Part shown: piece after piece, positions 1-7,954 of the stretch
How the letters are laid out: the number at the start of each line of letters is the position of its first letter
Position numbering within the stretch: position 1 is the first letter of the stretch
From: Gaiellales bacterium
Lineage (GTDB): Bacteria; Actinomycetota; Thermoleophilia; Gaiellales; JAICJC01
DNA: 54,766 bases
Assembly: GCA_035639615.1 (NCBI GenBank)
Contig: DASQXS010000370.1
Coordinates: 1-54,766, forward strand
Reading direction: 5' to 3'
The notes under the pieces: generated by a model
Seen by the model: only the letters and a program-made list of their open reading frames with translations
Told to the model about the DNA's origin: nothing
The model's database searches: none
Made by a program: the position numbers and the translations under genes

Positions 1-210
1 CTTGGAGACGGCCGCCCGGACGACGCTGTGACGGCGCTCGGCCGCGCGCTCGAGCTCGAGGTCGAGCGGGGTGCGTCCTACTACGCGGCGACGTCGCGGC
101 TCGATCTCGCCACCGCGCTCGAGGCGACCGGCCGCGGCGACGACGCGGCCGAGGAGCGGGCGAAGGCGGCCCAGGTGCTCGAGCCGCTCGGCTGCGTGTA
201 CCCGGTGTGA
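1..210 (+). CDS. C-terminal fragment of a gene truncated by the window edge (helical, TPR-like tail); function not assignable
   Basis: Frame 1 is open from nt 1 to TGA 208-210. The track ORF 28..210 is only its internal GTG part. The tail is Ala/Leu/Glu-rich and helical. The stop overlaps the GTG of the next gene (GTGA). Confidence 0.4.
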   Translation, partial: LGDGRPDDAVTALGRALELEVERGASYYAATSRLDLATALEATGRGDDAAEERAKAAQVLEPLGCVYPV

Positions 211-734
211 GCGTTGTCCCGCTGGTGACGGCGCGGCTGCGGATCCGCCGCCTCAGGCCGGCGGACGCCGAAGCGCTCCACCGCATCTACGGCGACCCGG
301 ACGCGATGCGGTACGTCGGCCGGGAGGGGCGACCGCGCGACCGGGCGCGGACGGAGCAGATCCTCGCCGAGCTGATCCGGATTGAGCGCCGGCTGGGTTT
401 CGGCCTCTGGGCAGTCGTGCTCACAGCGGAGCGCCGCATGATCGGCATCGCCGGGGTGACCCTCGTCGAGGACGTCGGCCCCGACATCGAGCTCGTCTAC
501 CTGCTCGAGCAGGCCGCGTGGGGATACGGTTACGCCACCGAGGCGGCCCGCGCGTGCCTCGATGCGGCGTTTGGCCCGCTGGGCTTGGACCGCGTCGTCG
601 CGTTGGCCTACCCCGAGAACGCGGCGTCCATCCGGGTGATGCAGAAGCTCGGCATGCGGCCGGCGGGGGCCGTGACCGCCTACGGCCGCGAGCTCGTCAG
701 GTACGAGGCGCAGGCTAGGAGTAGTCCCCGGTGA
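207..734 (+). CDS. GNAT family N-acetyltransferase (RimJ/RimL-like)
   Basis: 175-aa ORF. N-terminus is 'LRIRRLRPADAEALHRIYGDPDAMRYV'. Core 'GYGYATEAARACLDAAF ... NAASIRVMQKLGM' is typical of RimJ/RimL-type GNATs. Confidence 0.85.
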   Translation: MSVVPLVTARLRIRRLRPADAEALHRIYGDPDAMRYVGREGRPRDRARTEQILAELIRIERRLGFGLWAVVLTAERRMIGIAGVTLVEDVGPDIELVYLLEQAAWGYGYATEAARACLDAAFGPLGLDRVVALAYPENAASIRVMQKLGMRPAGAVTAYGRELVRYEAQARSSPR

Positions 735-1041
735 GGACGATGAGCAAGAGCACCGCGAGGATGAGAAGTTGCGCGATGCCAACCGCAAGGTTCGCCCCAA
801 CGAGCCACTTTGCGATCACCTCTTCGCGGTCGGAGCGGGCCGTGTCCATCCCACGAACGCCGACGTACGCGCCGATCCCCGCGCCGACCCATACGCCCAG
901 GACGATCACGACGCCGTCACCGTGATCGGTGAGGTACGCGGTCCCGAGGAGCGCCGGTGCGGTGAAGAGCGACGCGAGGGAGACGTAGGTCCGGAACCCC
1001 CACCCCTCCTCGAACTGCGGGCCCGGCGCGTCCGCCTTCAC
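715..1041 (-). CDS. small integral membrane protein, function unknown
   Basis: Only the last 108 codons of track ORF 715..2367 look like protein, with hydrophobic helices 'VSLASLFTAPALLGTAYL', 'VVIVLGVWVGAGIGAYVGV' and 'LAVGIAQLLILAVLLLIVL'. The in-frame GTG at 1041 overlaps the recN stop (GTGA). Confidence 0.55.
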   Translation of the reverse strand: MKADAPGPQFEEGWGFRTYVSLASLFTAPALLGTAYLTDHGDGVVIVLGVWVGAGIGAYVGVRGMDTARSDREEVIAKWLVGANLAVGIAQLLILAVLLLIVLTGDYS

Positions 1042-2696
1042 GAACGCAGGGCTTCGGCGTGCCTGCGGGCGGCCTCGTCGTCGGGATCGCCGCCGAGCAT
1101 GCGCGCCAGCTCGTCGACGACCTCGTCGTCGCTCAGCCTGACCACCGTCGCAGCGGTCGGGTCGCCGGCCGACTTCTCGACCCGGAAGTGCGCGTCCGCG
1201 ACCCGCGCGATCTGGGGCAGATGCGTGATCACGAGCACCTGGGCGTCTGCGGCGAGGGTGCGCAGCCTGTCGGCCACCGCGCGCGCGGTGCGGCCGCCCA
1301 CCCCCGCGTCGACCTCGTCCAGCAGCAGGACGCCGGGGCCGCGGCGGGCGCGCGCCGCCACCCTGATCGCGAGGGCGATCCGCGAAAGCTCGCCGCCCGA
1401 CGCCGTCTCGGCGACGGGCCCGGCCGAGAGCCCCGGGTTCGCCGCAAGCTCGAGCGTCACGCGATCCGCGCCGCGCACGCCGATCTCGGCCGGCTCGAGG
1501 CGAACCATGACGGCGGCGCCCTCCATCCCGAGGTCTGACAGCTCCGCCTCCACGGCACGGGCGAACGGCTCCGCCGCGGCCGTGCGCGCTGCGGTGAGCT
1601 CGGCCGCGCGCGCCCGCGCCTCGTCGGCGGCGGCAGCGGCGGCCGCCTCGAGCCGCTGGAGCTCCTCGTCCGCCCCTTCCAGCCGCTCGAGCGCGCGCCG
1701 GGCGTCGGCGGCCATCTCGACCACCTGCTCGAGGGGCGCCGCGTAGCGACGCTCGAGCTCGGCGCACAGGTCGAGGCGCGCCTCGACCTCCGCGAGGCGG
1801 CCGGGGTCCGCATCGAGGTCGGCCAGGTAGGCGCGCAGCTCCATCGCCGCGTCCTGCATCCTCGCCGCCGCGTCGCGCAGATCGACCGCCACGTCCCCGA
1901 GCCTCGGCTCGAACTCCGCCGCGTTTGCCACCGTCTCGGCCGCGCGGGCCGCGAGCGCCTGCGCCCCCTCTCCGTCCGCCGGGCTCAGGAGCTCGGCAGC
2001 GCCGCCGGCCGCGGCCGTGAGCTCGTCCAGATGCCGAAGCCGCTCGCGCTCCCGTCCGAGGGCCTCCCGCTCCCCGGGAGCCGGGTCGAGCCGCTCGACG
2101 CGCGCCACGAGGTCCTCCAGGTCGAGCCGGCGCCTGGCCGCGTCGGCAGCATCGGCACGGGCAGCCGCGAGCGCCGCGGAGGCGTCGCGATGGGCCCGCC
2201 ACGCGGCTTCCATCGCCGCGACCGCACCGGCGGTTCCGGCGTGCGCGTCCAGGAGCTCGAGCTGACGCGAGGGGCGCGCCAGCCGGCGCGCCTCGTGCTG
2301 CGAGGACGCCTCGAGCAGGCGCTCGCCGAGCACCTCGAGGTCGGAGCGGGCGCACGTGCGCCCCCACACCAGCGCGCGGCTGCGCCCCGAGGCCGTGAGC
2401 CGGCGCGCGACGACCAGCGTCTCCTCCCCGTCGGGGCGCAGGCCCGCGACCGCCGCAAGCTCCGGATCGTCGAGCAGCCCGGCCGGCAGCTCGAACTCGG
2501 CCTCCACATACGCCTCGTCGGCGTGCGGCCCGACGAGGCCCACTGCCGATGCGGCCCCTGTGAGAAGGCCGATCGCCTGCGCGAGCATCGTCTTCCCCGC
2601 CCCCGTCTCGCCCGTGAGGACGTTGAGGCCGGGGGCGAGGTCGAGCTCGGCGCGCTCGATCAGCGCCAGGTTCTCGATGTGGAGCCGGACGAGCAT
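1038..2696 (-). CDS. recN: DNA repair protein RecN
   Basis: Start ATG 2696 inside track ORF 1038..3386 gives 552 aa. It begins 'MLVRLHIENLALIERAELDLAPGLNVLTGETGAGKTML' (Walker A). A long coiled-coil middle is followed by C-terminal 'SGGELSRIALAIRVA ... LLLDEVDAGVGG'. Confidence 0.95.
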   Translation of the reverse strand: MLVRLHIENLALIERAELDLAPGLNVLTGETGAGKTMLAQAIGLLTGAASAVGLVGPHADEAYVEAEFELPAGLLDDPELAAVAGLRPDGEETLVVARRLTASGRSRALVWGRTCARSDLEVLGERLLEASSQHEARRLARPSRQLELLDAHAGTAGAVAAMEAAWRAHRDASAALAAARADAADAARRRLDLEDLVARVERLDPAPGEREALGRERERLRHLDELTAAAGGAAELLSPADGEGAQALAARAAETVANAAEFEPRLGDVAVDLRDAAARMQDAAMELRAYLADLDADPGRLAEVEARLDLCAELERRYAAPLEQVVEMAADARRALERLEGADEELQRLEAAAAAAADEARARAAELTAARTAAAEPFARAVEAELSDLGMEGAAVMVRLEPAEIGVRGADRVTLELAANPGLSAGPVAETASGGELSRIALAIRVAARARRGPGVLLLDEVDAGVGGRTARAVADRLRTLAADAQVLVITHLPQIARVADAHFRVEKSAGDPTAATVVRLSDDEVVDELARMLGGDPDDEAARRHAEALRS

Positions 2697-3499
2697 CAGT
2701 GCGAGAACGTCTCCAGGTACCGCGAGAAGAAGGACGTGCCGGCGAGCCGAGCGAGCGTCGCGTGGACGTCGCCCATGCGGGCTTCGATCCGGCCGCCCGG
2801 CTCGACCGTGGCGGCGACGTGCCCGTCGACGACGACCTGGACCGGGACGTCCGCGGCGCGGTTCCAGAGCTGGACGGTGTGCGGCCGGCCGAGGACCATC
2901 GAGCGGGCGTGGAGCGAGTGCGGCGAGACGAAGGTGACCACGAACCCGTCGGTTCCCCACGCCAGCACTGGCCCGCCCGCCGAGAGGTTGTAGGCCGTCG
3001 AGCCGGTCGGCGTTGCCAGGATGACGCCGTCGCACCCGAGCTCGCCGAGGGACTGTCCGTCGACGGACCACTCGATCACCGCCATCCGGCCGACGCTCGC
3101 GCTCGTGAGCACGATGTCGTTGACGCCGGTGACCGTGCCGGCGCCTGCGTCCGCCCGGACCGTCGGCAGGTCCATGATCTCGATCTGGCCGGCGAAGGCC
3201 AGTCGCATCCCGGACTCGAGCTCGGCGCCCTCGATGCTGGTCAGGAAGCCGACGCGCCCGAAGTTCACGCCCAGGCACGGGACGGAGCTGCCCAGGTGCC
3301 GCTGGAGTGCCCGCAGCATCGTCCCGTCGCCGCCGAGCACGACCACGAGATCGGACGCCCCGTCGTCGACGATCTCGACGCCGCACTCCTCGGCCACCCG
3401 GCGCAGCCGGTCGACCGCGTCGCCGACGATCTCGGCCCGGCCGTGGAGCATGACCGCGGCACGCTCCACCGCGACGGCCTCACGGTGCGGCGATGGCAT
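2696..3499 (-). CDS. nadK: NAD kinase
   Basis: Carries the 'DLVVVLGGDGTMLRAL' GGDGT motif and an NAD-kinase C-terminal fold pattern. ATG 3499 overlaps tlyA by 20 nt. ATG 3451 ('MLHGRAEIV') is an alternative start. Its stop shares 1 nt with the recN ATG (TGATG). Confidence 0.9.
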   Translation of the reverse strand: MPSPHREAVAVERAAVMLHGRAEIVGDAVDRLRRVAEECGVEIVDDGASDLVVVLGGDGTMLRALQRHLGSSVPCLGVNFGRVGFLTSIEGAELESGMRLAFAGQIEIMDLPTVRADAGAGTVTGVNDIVLTSASVGRMAVIEWSVDGQSLGELGCDGVILATPTGSTAYNLSAGGPVLAWGTDGFVVTFVSPHSLHARSMVLGRPHTVQLWNRAADVPVQVVVDGHVAATVEPGGRIEARMGDVHATLARLAGTSFFSRYLETFSH

Positions 3500-4280
3500 C
3501 TTCGATCTGGGACTCGACGTCAGCTGTGCCCTCCTTCACCAGCGGGTGCCCGCCGGACGCGACGTACACGACGTACTCGCGGTTGCCGGCTGGCCCCGGA
3601 ACCCTAGAATCGCACACGCCGAGGACGGCCCAGCCACGTTCCCGCGCAAAGGCGTCGAAATCATGCAACACCCGTCGGCGCACGTCGGGGTCGCGGACGA
3701 CGCCGCGGCGGACGTCGCGGCGCCCCGCCTCGAACTGCGGCTTCACGAGGACGAGCGCCCGCCACGGTTCCGCCGCGCAGGCCACGGCCGGCGGCAGCAC
3801 GAGCCGGAGCGAGATGAAGGACACGTCCGCGGTCACGAGGCCCGGTCGGAAGGGCAGCGTCCGGCAGTCGAGCGTGCGGGCGTTCACGCCCTCGAGGACG
3901 GTCACGCGCGGGTCGGTCCGGAGCCGCTCGTGGAGCTGGTGTCGGCCCACGTCGAGGGCGGCGACGGCCGCCGCCCCGTGCTGGAGCAGGCAGTCGGTGA
4001 ACCCCCCGGTCGACGCGCCCACGTCGAGGCACCGCTCGCCGCCGACGTCGACGGCGAACGCGCGCAGCGCCGCCTCGAGCTTCTCACCACCCCGGGAGAC
4101 ATATCTCGGCGGCAGGGTCACCTCCACCTCGGCGCCGTCCGGCGTCGGCGTCCCCGCTTTGGTGACCGCGACGCCGTCGACCAGCACGCGGCCGGCCATG
4201 ATCAGGGCCTGGGCGCGGCTCCGCGTCTCGGCGAGGCCGCGCTCGACCAGGACGGCGTCAAGCCTCGGCCGCGTCGGCAT
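3480..4280 (-). CDS. tlyA: TlyA family rRNA 2'-O-methyltransferase
   Basis: Start ATG 4280 inside track ORF 3480..4661. S4 domain is 'RLDAVLVERGLAETRSRAQALIMAGRVLVDG'. FtsJ-type SAM site is 'CLDVGASTGGFTDCLLQHGA'. Confidence 0.9.
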   Translation of the reverse strand: MPTRPRLDAVLVERGLAETRSRAQALIMAGRVLVDGVAVTKAGTPTPDGAEVEVTLPPRYVSRGGEKLEAALRAFAVDVGGERCLDVGASTGGFTDCLLQHGAAAVAALDVGRHQLHERLRTDPRVTVLEGVNARTLDCRTLPFRPGLVTADVSFISLRLVLPPAVACAAEPWRALVLVKPQFEAGRRDVRRGVVRDPDVRRRVLHDFDAFARERGWAVLGVCDSRVPGPAGNREYVVYVASGGHPLVKEGTADVESQIEDAIAAP

Positions 4281-4764
4281 CGGCACCGAACCGGTACAGC
4301 AGGAGCTCGCCGGGCCGCAGCCCGCGCCGCTCGTAGAAGCGGATGGCGCCCGCGTTCCCCGCCATGACGGCCACCTCGAGGTCGGAGACGCCGGCGGCTG
4401 CGAGCCGCTCGTCCACCGCGTCCATGAGCGCGCTGCCGACGCCGGCGCCCCGCTCTTCGGGAAGGACGGCGAGCGACACGAGCTCCGCCCATCTCGTGCC
4501 CACCGGCCAGGTGTCGTCCGGCCCGGCGTGAAAATGCAGGAACGCGTAGCCCACCGCCCTGCCGTCGCGCTCGGCGAGGAGGAGCACGTCCTCGCCGCCG
4601 GCCAGCATCTCGAGGTACCAGGCCCGTCTCCGCCGCCACGACTCACCGTCGTCGGCGACAAGCGGGAGCGGCGACACGGACCGGTGGTGGCGGTGAAGCG
4701 ACGTCCAGAGCGGCTCCACCTCGTCGACCCGCTCGGGGCCGGCCGTGACGACGTCCACGCTCAC
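4258..4764 (-). CDS. GNAT family N-acetyltransferase
   Basis: GTG 4764 overlaps the upstream stop (GTGA). Acetyl-CoA motif is 'LAVLPEERGAGVGSALMDAV ... AGAIRFYERRGL'. Confidence 0.8.
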   Translation of the reverse strand: MSVDVVTAGPERVDEVEPLWTSLHRHHRSVSPLPLVADDGESWRRRRAWYLEMLAGGEDVLLLAERDGRAVGYAFLHFHAGPDDTWPVGTRWAELVSLAVLPEERGAGVGSALMDAVDERLAAAGVSDLEVAVMAGNAGAIRFYERRGLRPGELLLYRFGADADAAEA

Positions 4765-5480
4765 GCGTCCCGGTCCGCGACCTCGACGACCAACGCCTGC
4801 AGGTCGGCCGTCTCTCCCGGGCACGCCGCGAGCAGCTCGAGCGAGCGGGTGCGGGCGGCCGCAGCGAGCCGGCGTGCCCCGTCCAGGCCGTGCCGGCGGA
4901 CGTAGCTCGGCCCGTCCGCCCCGGCGTCCAGGACGTCGTCGACGATCTGGAAGAGCAGGCCCAGCTCGGCCGCGAACTCCCGGAAGGGCCGCTGGGCATC
5001 CGGGTGGAGCCCACCCACATGGAGCCCGCACGCGACCGCGGCGGAGATGAGCGAACCCGTTTTGAGGCGGTGCAGCCGCACCAGCCCGTCGGCATCCTGC
5101 TCGGGCGCCGTCACGTCGAGATACTGCCCGTCGATCATCCCGGCCACGCCGTCGGCGAGCTCCGCGACGACGCGCAGGCGCACCTCGGCCGGGATATCGA
5201 GCTGCTCGCTCACGAGCCGGAAGGCGGCGTTCAGGAGCCCGTCTCCGGCGAGGATCGCCACGGCTTCCCCGCGCGCCACGTGGAGCGACGGGCGGCCGCG
5301 GCGCTCGTCGTCGTCGTCCAGGGCCGGAAGGTCGTCATGGACGAGCGAGAAGGTGTGCACGAGCTCGACAGCAGCCGCCGCCGGGAGCGCGAGCGCCGGG
5401 TCCGCCCCGGCGGCGCGGGCCGCTGCGAGGCAGAGGCGCGGGCGGATTCGCTTCCCCCCGGCCGCGAGCGGATAGCGCAT
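4761..5480 (-). CDS. ispA: polyprenyl (farnesyl/geranylgeranyl) diphosphate synthase
   Basis: First Asp-rich motif is 'LVHDDLPALDDDDERRG'. Second is 'FQIVDDVLD'. 'GGKRIRP' lies near the N-terminus. The first canonical start is ATG 5480. The conserved N-terminal helix 'LIEAYLAELALAGEPGLADA' is encoded only if translation starts at CTG 5540. Confidence 0.85.
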   Translation of the reverse strand: MRYPLAAGGKRIRPRLCLAAARAAGADPALALPAAAAVELVHTFSLVHDDLPALDDDDERRGRPSLHVARGEAVAILAGDGLLNAAFRLVSEQLDIPAEVRLRVVAELADGVAGMIDGQYLDVTAPEQDADGLVRLHRLKTGSLISAAVACGLHVGGLHPDAQRPFREFAAELGLLFQIVDDVLDAGADGPSYVRRHGLDGARRLAAAARTRSLELLAACPGETADLQALVVEVADRDA

Positions 5481-5536
5481 CGCGTCGGCGAGGCCGGGCT
5501 CGCCCGCGAGCGCGAGCTCGGCCAGGTATGCCTCGA

Positions 5537-5725
5537 TCAGGGCCGGCCCTCCTCGTCCTCGAGCGCCTCGGCCCGCGCCTCGAGCGCGGCCACGGCCTCG
5601 TGGACGAGCGCGGTGATGCGCTCGAGCAGCTCTGTCGCCTGCTCCGGCGCGAGGTCGCCGCTCTCGAGCTCACCGCGGAGCCGCTCCAGGTCGGCTGCGA
5701 CCTGTTCGAGACGGGTCTCGTCTAT
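5537..5725 (-). CDS. xseB: exodeoxyribonuclease VII small subunit (start codon unresolved)
   Basis: This frame is below the 60-aa cutoff, so it is absent from the track. It reads '(I)DETRLEQVAADLERLRGELESGDLAPEQATELLERITALVHEAVAALEARAEALEDEEGRP*'. That is collinear with E. coli XseB '[26 protein letters not shown]...'. Third codon positions are almost all G/C. There is no in-frame ATG/GTG/TTG. The only sensible start is ATA 5725, which overlaps the nusB TAG. Confidence 0.5.
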   Translation of the reverse strand: MDETRLEQVAADLERLRGELESGDLAPEQATELLERITALVHEAVAALEARAEALEDEEGRP

Positions 5726-6123
5726 CTCCCGACCCCCTGCTCGCGGGCGATCCGTCCGAGGACGCCGTTCACGAACGCCGCCGCCTCCGGCGATGCGTAC
5801 CGCTTGGCGAGCGACACGGCCTCGTCGATAGCAACGGCCGGCGGCACCTCGCCCCGCTCGAGCTCCCAGACCGCGAGGCGGAGGATGTTCCGCTCGAGCA
5901 CGGCCATCCGCTCGGCGCTCCAGCCGCTCGCCGCGTCGTCGATGCTGCGGTCGATCCGGTCGCGGTCGGCCCAGGCCCCCTCAGCCTGCGCGCGCACGAA
6001 CTCCGTTACGCGCTGGCCGTGGTCGCGCTCGTACGCCTCGTAGAGCGACCGGAAGTCGCCGCCGGTCAGGTCCTTCTGGTAGAGCAGGAAGGCGGCGCCG
6101 CGGCGCTCGGAGCGGCGGCTCAT
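5722..6123 (-). CDS. nusB: transcription antitermination factor NusB
   Basis: ATG 6123 overlaps the asp23 stop (ATGA), giving 133 aa. Motifs: 'RSERRGAAFLLYQ', 'ERNILRLAVWEL', 'AIDEAVSLAKRY ... FVNGVLGRI'. Confidence 0.9.
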   Translation of the reverse strand: MSRRSERRGAAFLLYQKDLTGGDFRSLYEAYERDHGQRVTEFVRAQAEGAWADRDRIDRSIDDAASGWSAERMAVLERNILRLAVWELERGEVPPAVAIDEAVSLAKRYASPEAAAFVNGVLGRIAREQGVGR

Positions 6124-6452
6124 CGCTCGCCCTCCCGCGTGACCTCGGTCACGGTCACGTCGACCGCACGCACGTCGAGGCCCGTCATCCGCTGCACCTG
6201 CTCGGCAACGGCCTCGCGGACGTCCGCCGCCAGCTCCGGGAGCACATGGCCGTACCCGGCCGAAACGTCGACGTCGAACGTGATCTCCGAGCCCGAGATG
6301 TCCCATTCCACCGGCCCGCGTCGTCCCGGAAGCACCCGGGCGACGCGGCCCGGCGTGTCGAGCCGGGCGCCGGTCACGCTCGCGACGGCGCCGCGCACGA
6401 TCGTCTGCAGCGCCTCGTCGGCGACGGTGGCGGTCCCAAGCCGAAGCGGCAT
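6120..6452 (-). CDS. Asp23/Gls24 family envelope stress protein
   Basis: 110 aa. 'VADEALQTIVRGAVASVTG ... EVAEQVQRMTGLDVRAVDVTV' matches the Asp23 family pattern. It sits between accC and nusB, as yqhY does in Bacillus. Confidence 0.8.
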   Translation of the reverse strand: MPLRLGTATVADEALQTIVRGAVASVTGARLDTPGRVARVLPGRRGPVEWDISGSEITFDVDVSAGYGHVLPELAADVREAVAEQVQRMTGLDVRAVDVTVTEVTREGER

Positions 6453-7822
6453 CAGGCGGCCACCTCCGTCGACAAGGACGGCAGCCGGTCGCGGGCCGCC
6501 TCGAGATAGGCCGTCGTGTAGCGGCCGGCCCGAAAGGCCGGCTCCTCGACGATCTCGGCGAAGAGCCCGGCGGTCGTCGCGAGGCCCTCGATCTCGAGCT
6601 CGGCGAGCGCGCGCCGGGAGCGGTCGATCACCCGCTCGCGGTCAGGGCCCCAGACGATCAGCTTGGCGAGGAGCGAGTCGTAGAAGGGCGGCACCCGATA
6701 GCCCTCGTAGGCGTGCGTGTCGACCCGGACGCCGGGGCCGAGCGGCGGGCGGAAGCGGGTCACCGTGCCGGCCGCGGGCCGGAAGGCTCGGCGCGGATCC
6801 TCGCAGTTCACCCGGAACTCGATCGCGTGGCCGCGAAGCTCCGCCAGGCCGGTTCGCGCGAGCGGCTCTCCGGCGGCGATGCTGAGCTGCGCTGCTGCCA
6901 GGTCCCAGCCGGTCACCGCCTCGGAGACGGGGTGCTCGACCTGGAGGCGGGTGTTCATCTCGATGAACGAGAACCGCTCGTCGGCGTCGACGAGGAACTC
7001 GACGGTGCCCGCATTCTGGTAGCCGCATCCGGCGCATGCGAGGCGGGCGGCCTCGGCCATGTGCTCCCGGGTCTTCTCGCCGAGCGCCGGCGACGGGCCC
7101 TCCTCGATCAGCTTCTGGTGACGCCGCTGCACGGAGCAGTCGCGCTCGCCGAGCACCAGCACTCTCCCGGCCGCATCGGCGAGCACCTGCATCTCGACGT
7201 GTCGCGCGTCCGCGATGACCTTCTCCATGTACATCCCGCCGTCACCGAACGCCGACAGCGCCTCCGCCGACGCGATCCCGTAGGCGTCCTCGATGTCCAC
7301 CGCGTCGTCCACGAGCCGCATCCCGCGCCCACCGCCCCCGGCAACGGCCTTCAGCAGCACCGGGTAGCCGATCTCGGCCGCGAGCGAGCGGGCGTGATCC
7401 GCGCCGGACAGGCGATCCAGCGACCCGGGGACGAGCGGCACGCCGGCCGCCCGCATCGCCTCGCGGGCGCGGCTCTTGTCGCCCATCACCTCCATCGCCT
7501 CGGCGGGCGGGCCCACGAAGATCAGGTCGTTGTCTTCGCACGCGCGGGCGAACGCCGCGTTTTCGGCGAGGAAGCCCCAGCCGGGGTGGACGGCGTCGCA
7601 CCCGGTCGTCTCAGCCGCAGCGATCAGGTTGGGGACGTGCAGATAGCTCGCCGACGGCAGGTGCGGGCCGATGCAGACCGACCGATCCGCCTGGCGCACC
7701 CAGAGCCCGTCGCGGTCGGCGGTGGAGTAGACGGCGACCGCCTCGATGCCCGAGTCGTGGCACGCGCGCACCATGCGCACCGCACACTCCCCCCGATTGG
7801 CGACCAGCACCCTATTCAGCAC
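6452..7822 (-). CDS. accC: biotin carboxylase
   Basis: GTG 7822 gives 456 aa. Motifs: 'RVLVANRGECAVRMVRAC', ATP-grasp loop 'GGGGRGMR', 'EMNTRLQVEHPVSE'. Confidence 0.95.
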   Translation of the reverse strand: MLNRVLVANRGECAVRMVRACHDSGIEAVAVYSTADRDGLWVRQADRSVCIGPHLPSASYLHVPNLIAAAETTGCDAVHPGWGFLAENAAFARACEDNDLIFVGPPAEAMEVMGDKSRAREAMRAAGVPLVPGSLDRLSGADHARSLAAEIGYPVLLKAVAGGGGRGMRLVDDAVDIEDAYGIASAEALSAFGDGGMYMEKVIADARHVEMQVLADAAGRVLVLGERDCSVQRRHQKLIEEGPSPALGEKTREHMAEAARLACAGCGYQNAGTVEFLVDADERFSFIEMNTRLQVEHPVSEAVTGWDLAAAQLSIAAGEPLARTGLAELRGHAIEFRVNCEDPRRAFRPAAGTVTRFRPPLGPGVRVDTHAYEGYRVPPFYDSLLAKLIVWGPDRERVIDRSRRALAELEIEGLATTAGLFAEIVEEPAFRAGRYTTAYLEAARDRLPSLSTEVAA

Positions 7823-7897
7823 CGGTCCACCCAAGCCTGGGGTCTGACCCCGCAGGGCAGCGCGCAGCGCCGCCCACCGTTGCCCGGCCGCCCGGGA

Positions 7898-7936
7898 GCC
7901 CGAATTGCGCCGGCGGCACGCCGGGGCAATTCGGGC
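7898..7936 (-). promoter_or_regulatory. strong intercistronic hairpin between the BCCP-fusion gene and accC
   Basis: Plus strand reads gcccgaattgcgccggcg-gca-cgccggggcaattcgggc. This is an 18-bp stem with one mismatch and a 3-nt loop. It lies in the only sizeable gap (132 nt) of the operon and has no U-tract. Confidence 0.5.
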
Positions 7937-7954
7937 GCGTGATCGCAAACACCA

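Noticed and set aside
715-2367. 550-aa ORF on the minus strand
   Set aside because: The N-terminal ~440 residues are Arg/Gly/Ala/Pro-rich low complexity and lie out of frame over recN. Only the last 108 codons (715-1041) look like a real membrane protein.
5700-5730. Programmed -1 frameshift fusing NusB to XseB
   Set aside because: There is no slippery heptamer or downstream structure at the junction. NusB ends at its normal length. The ATAG overlap fits the reinitiation pattern seen at the neighbouring junctions better.
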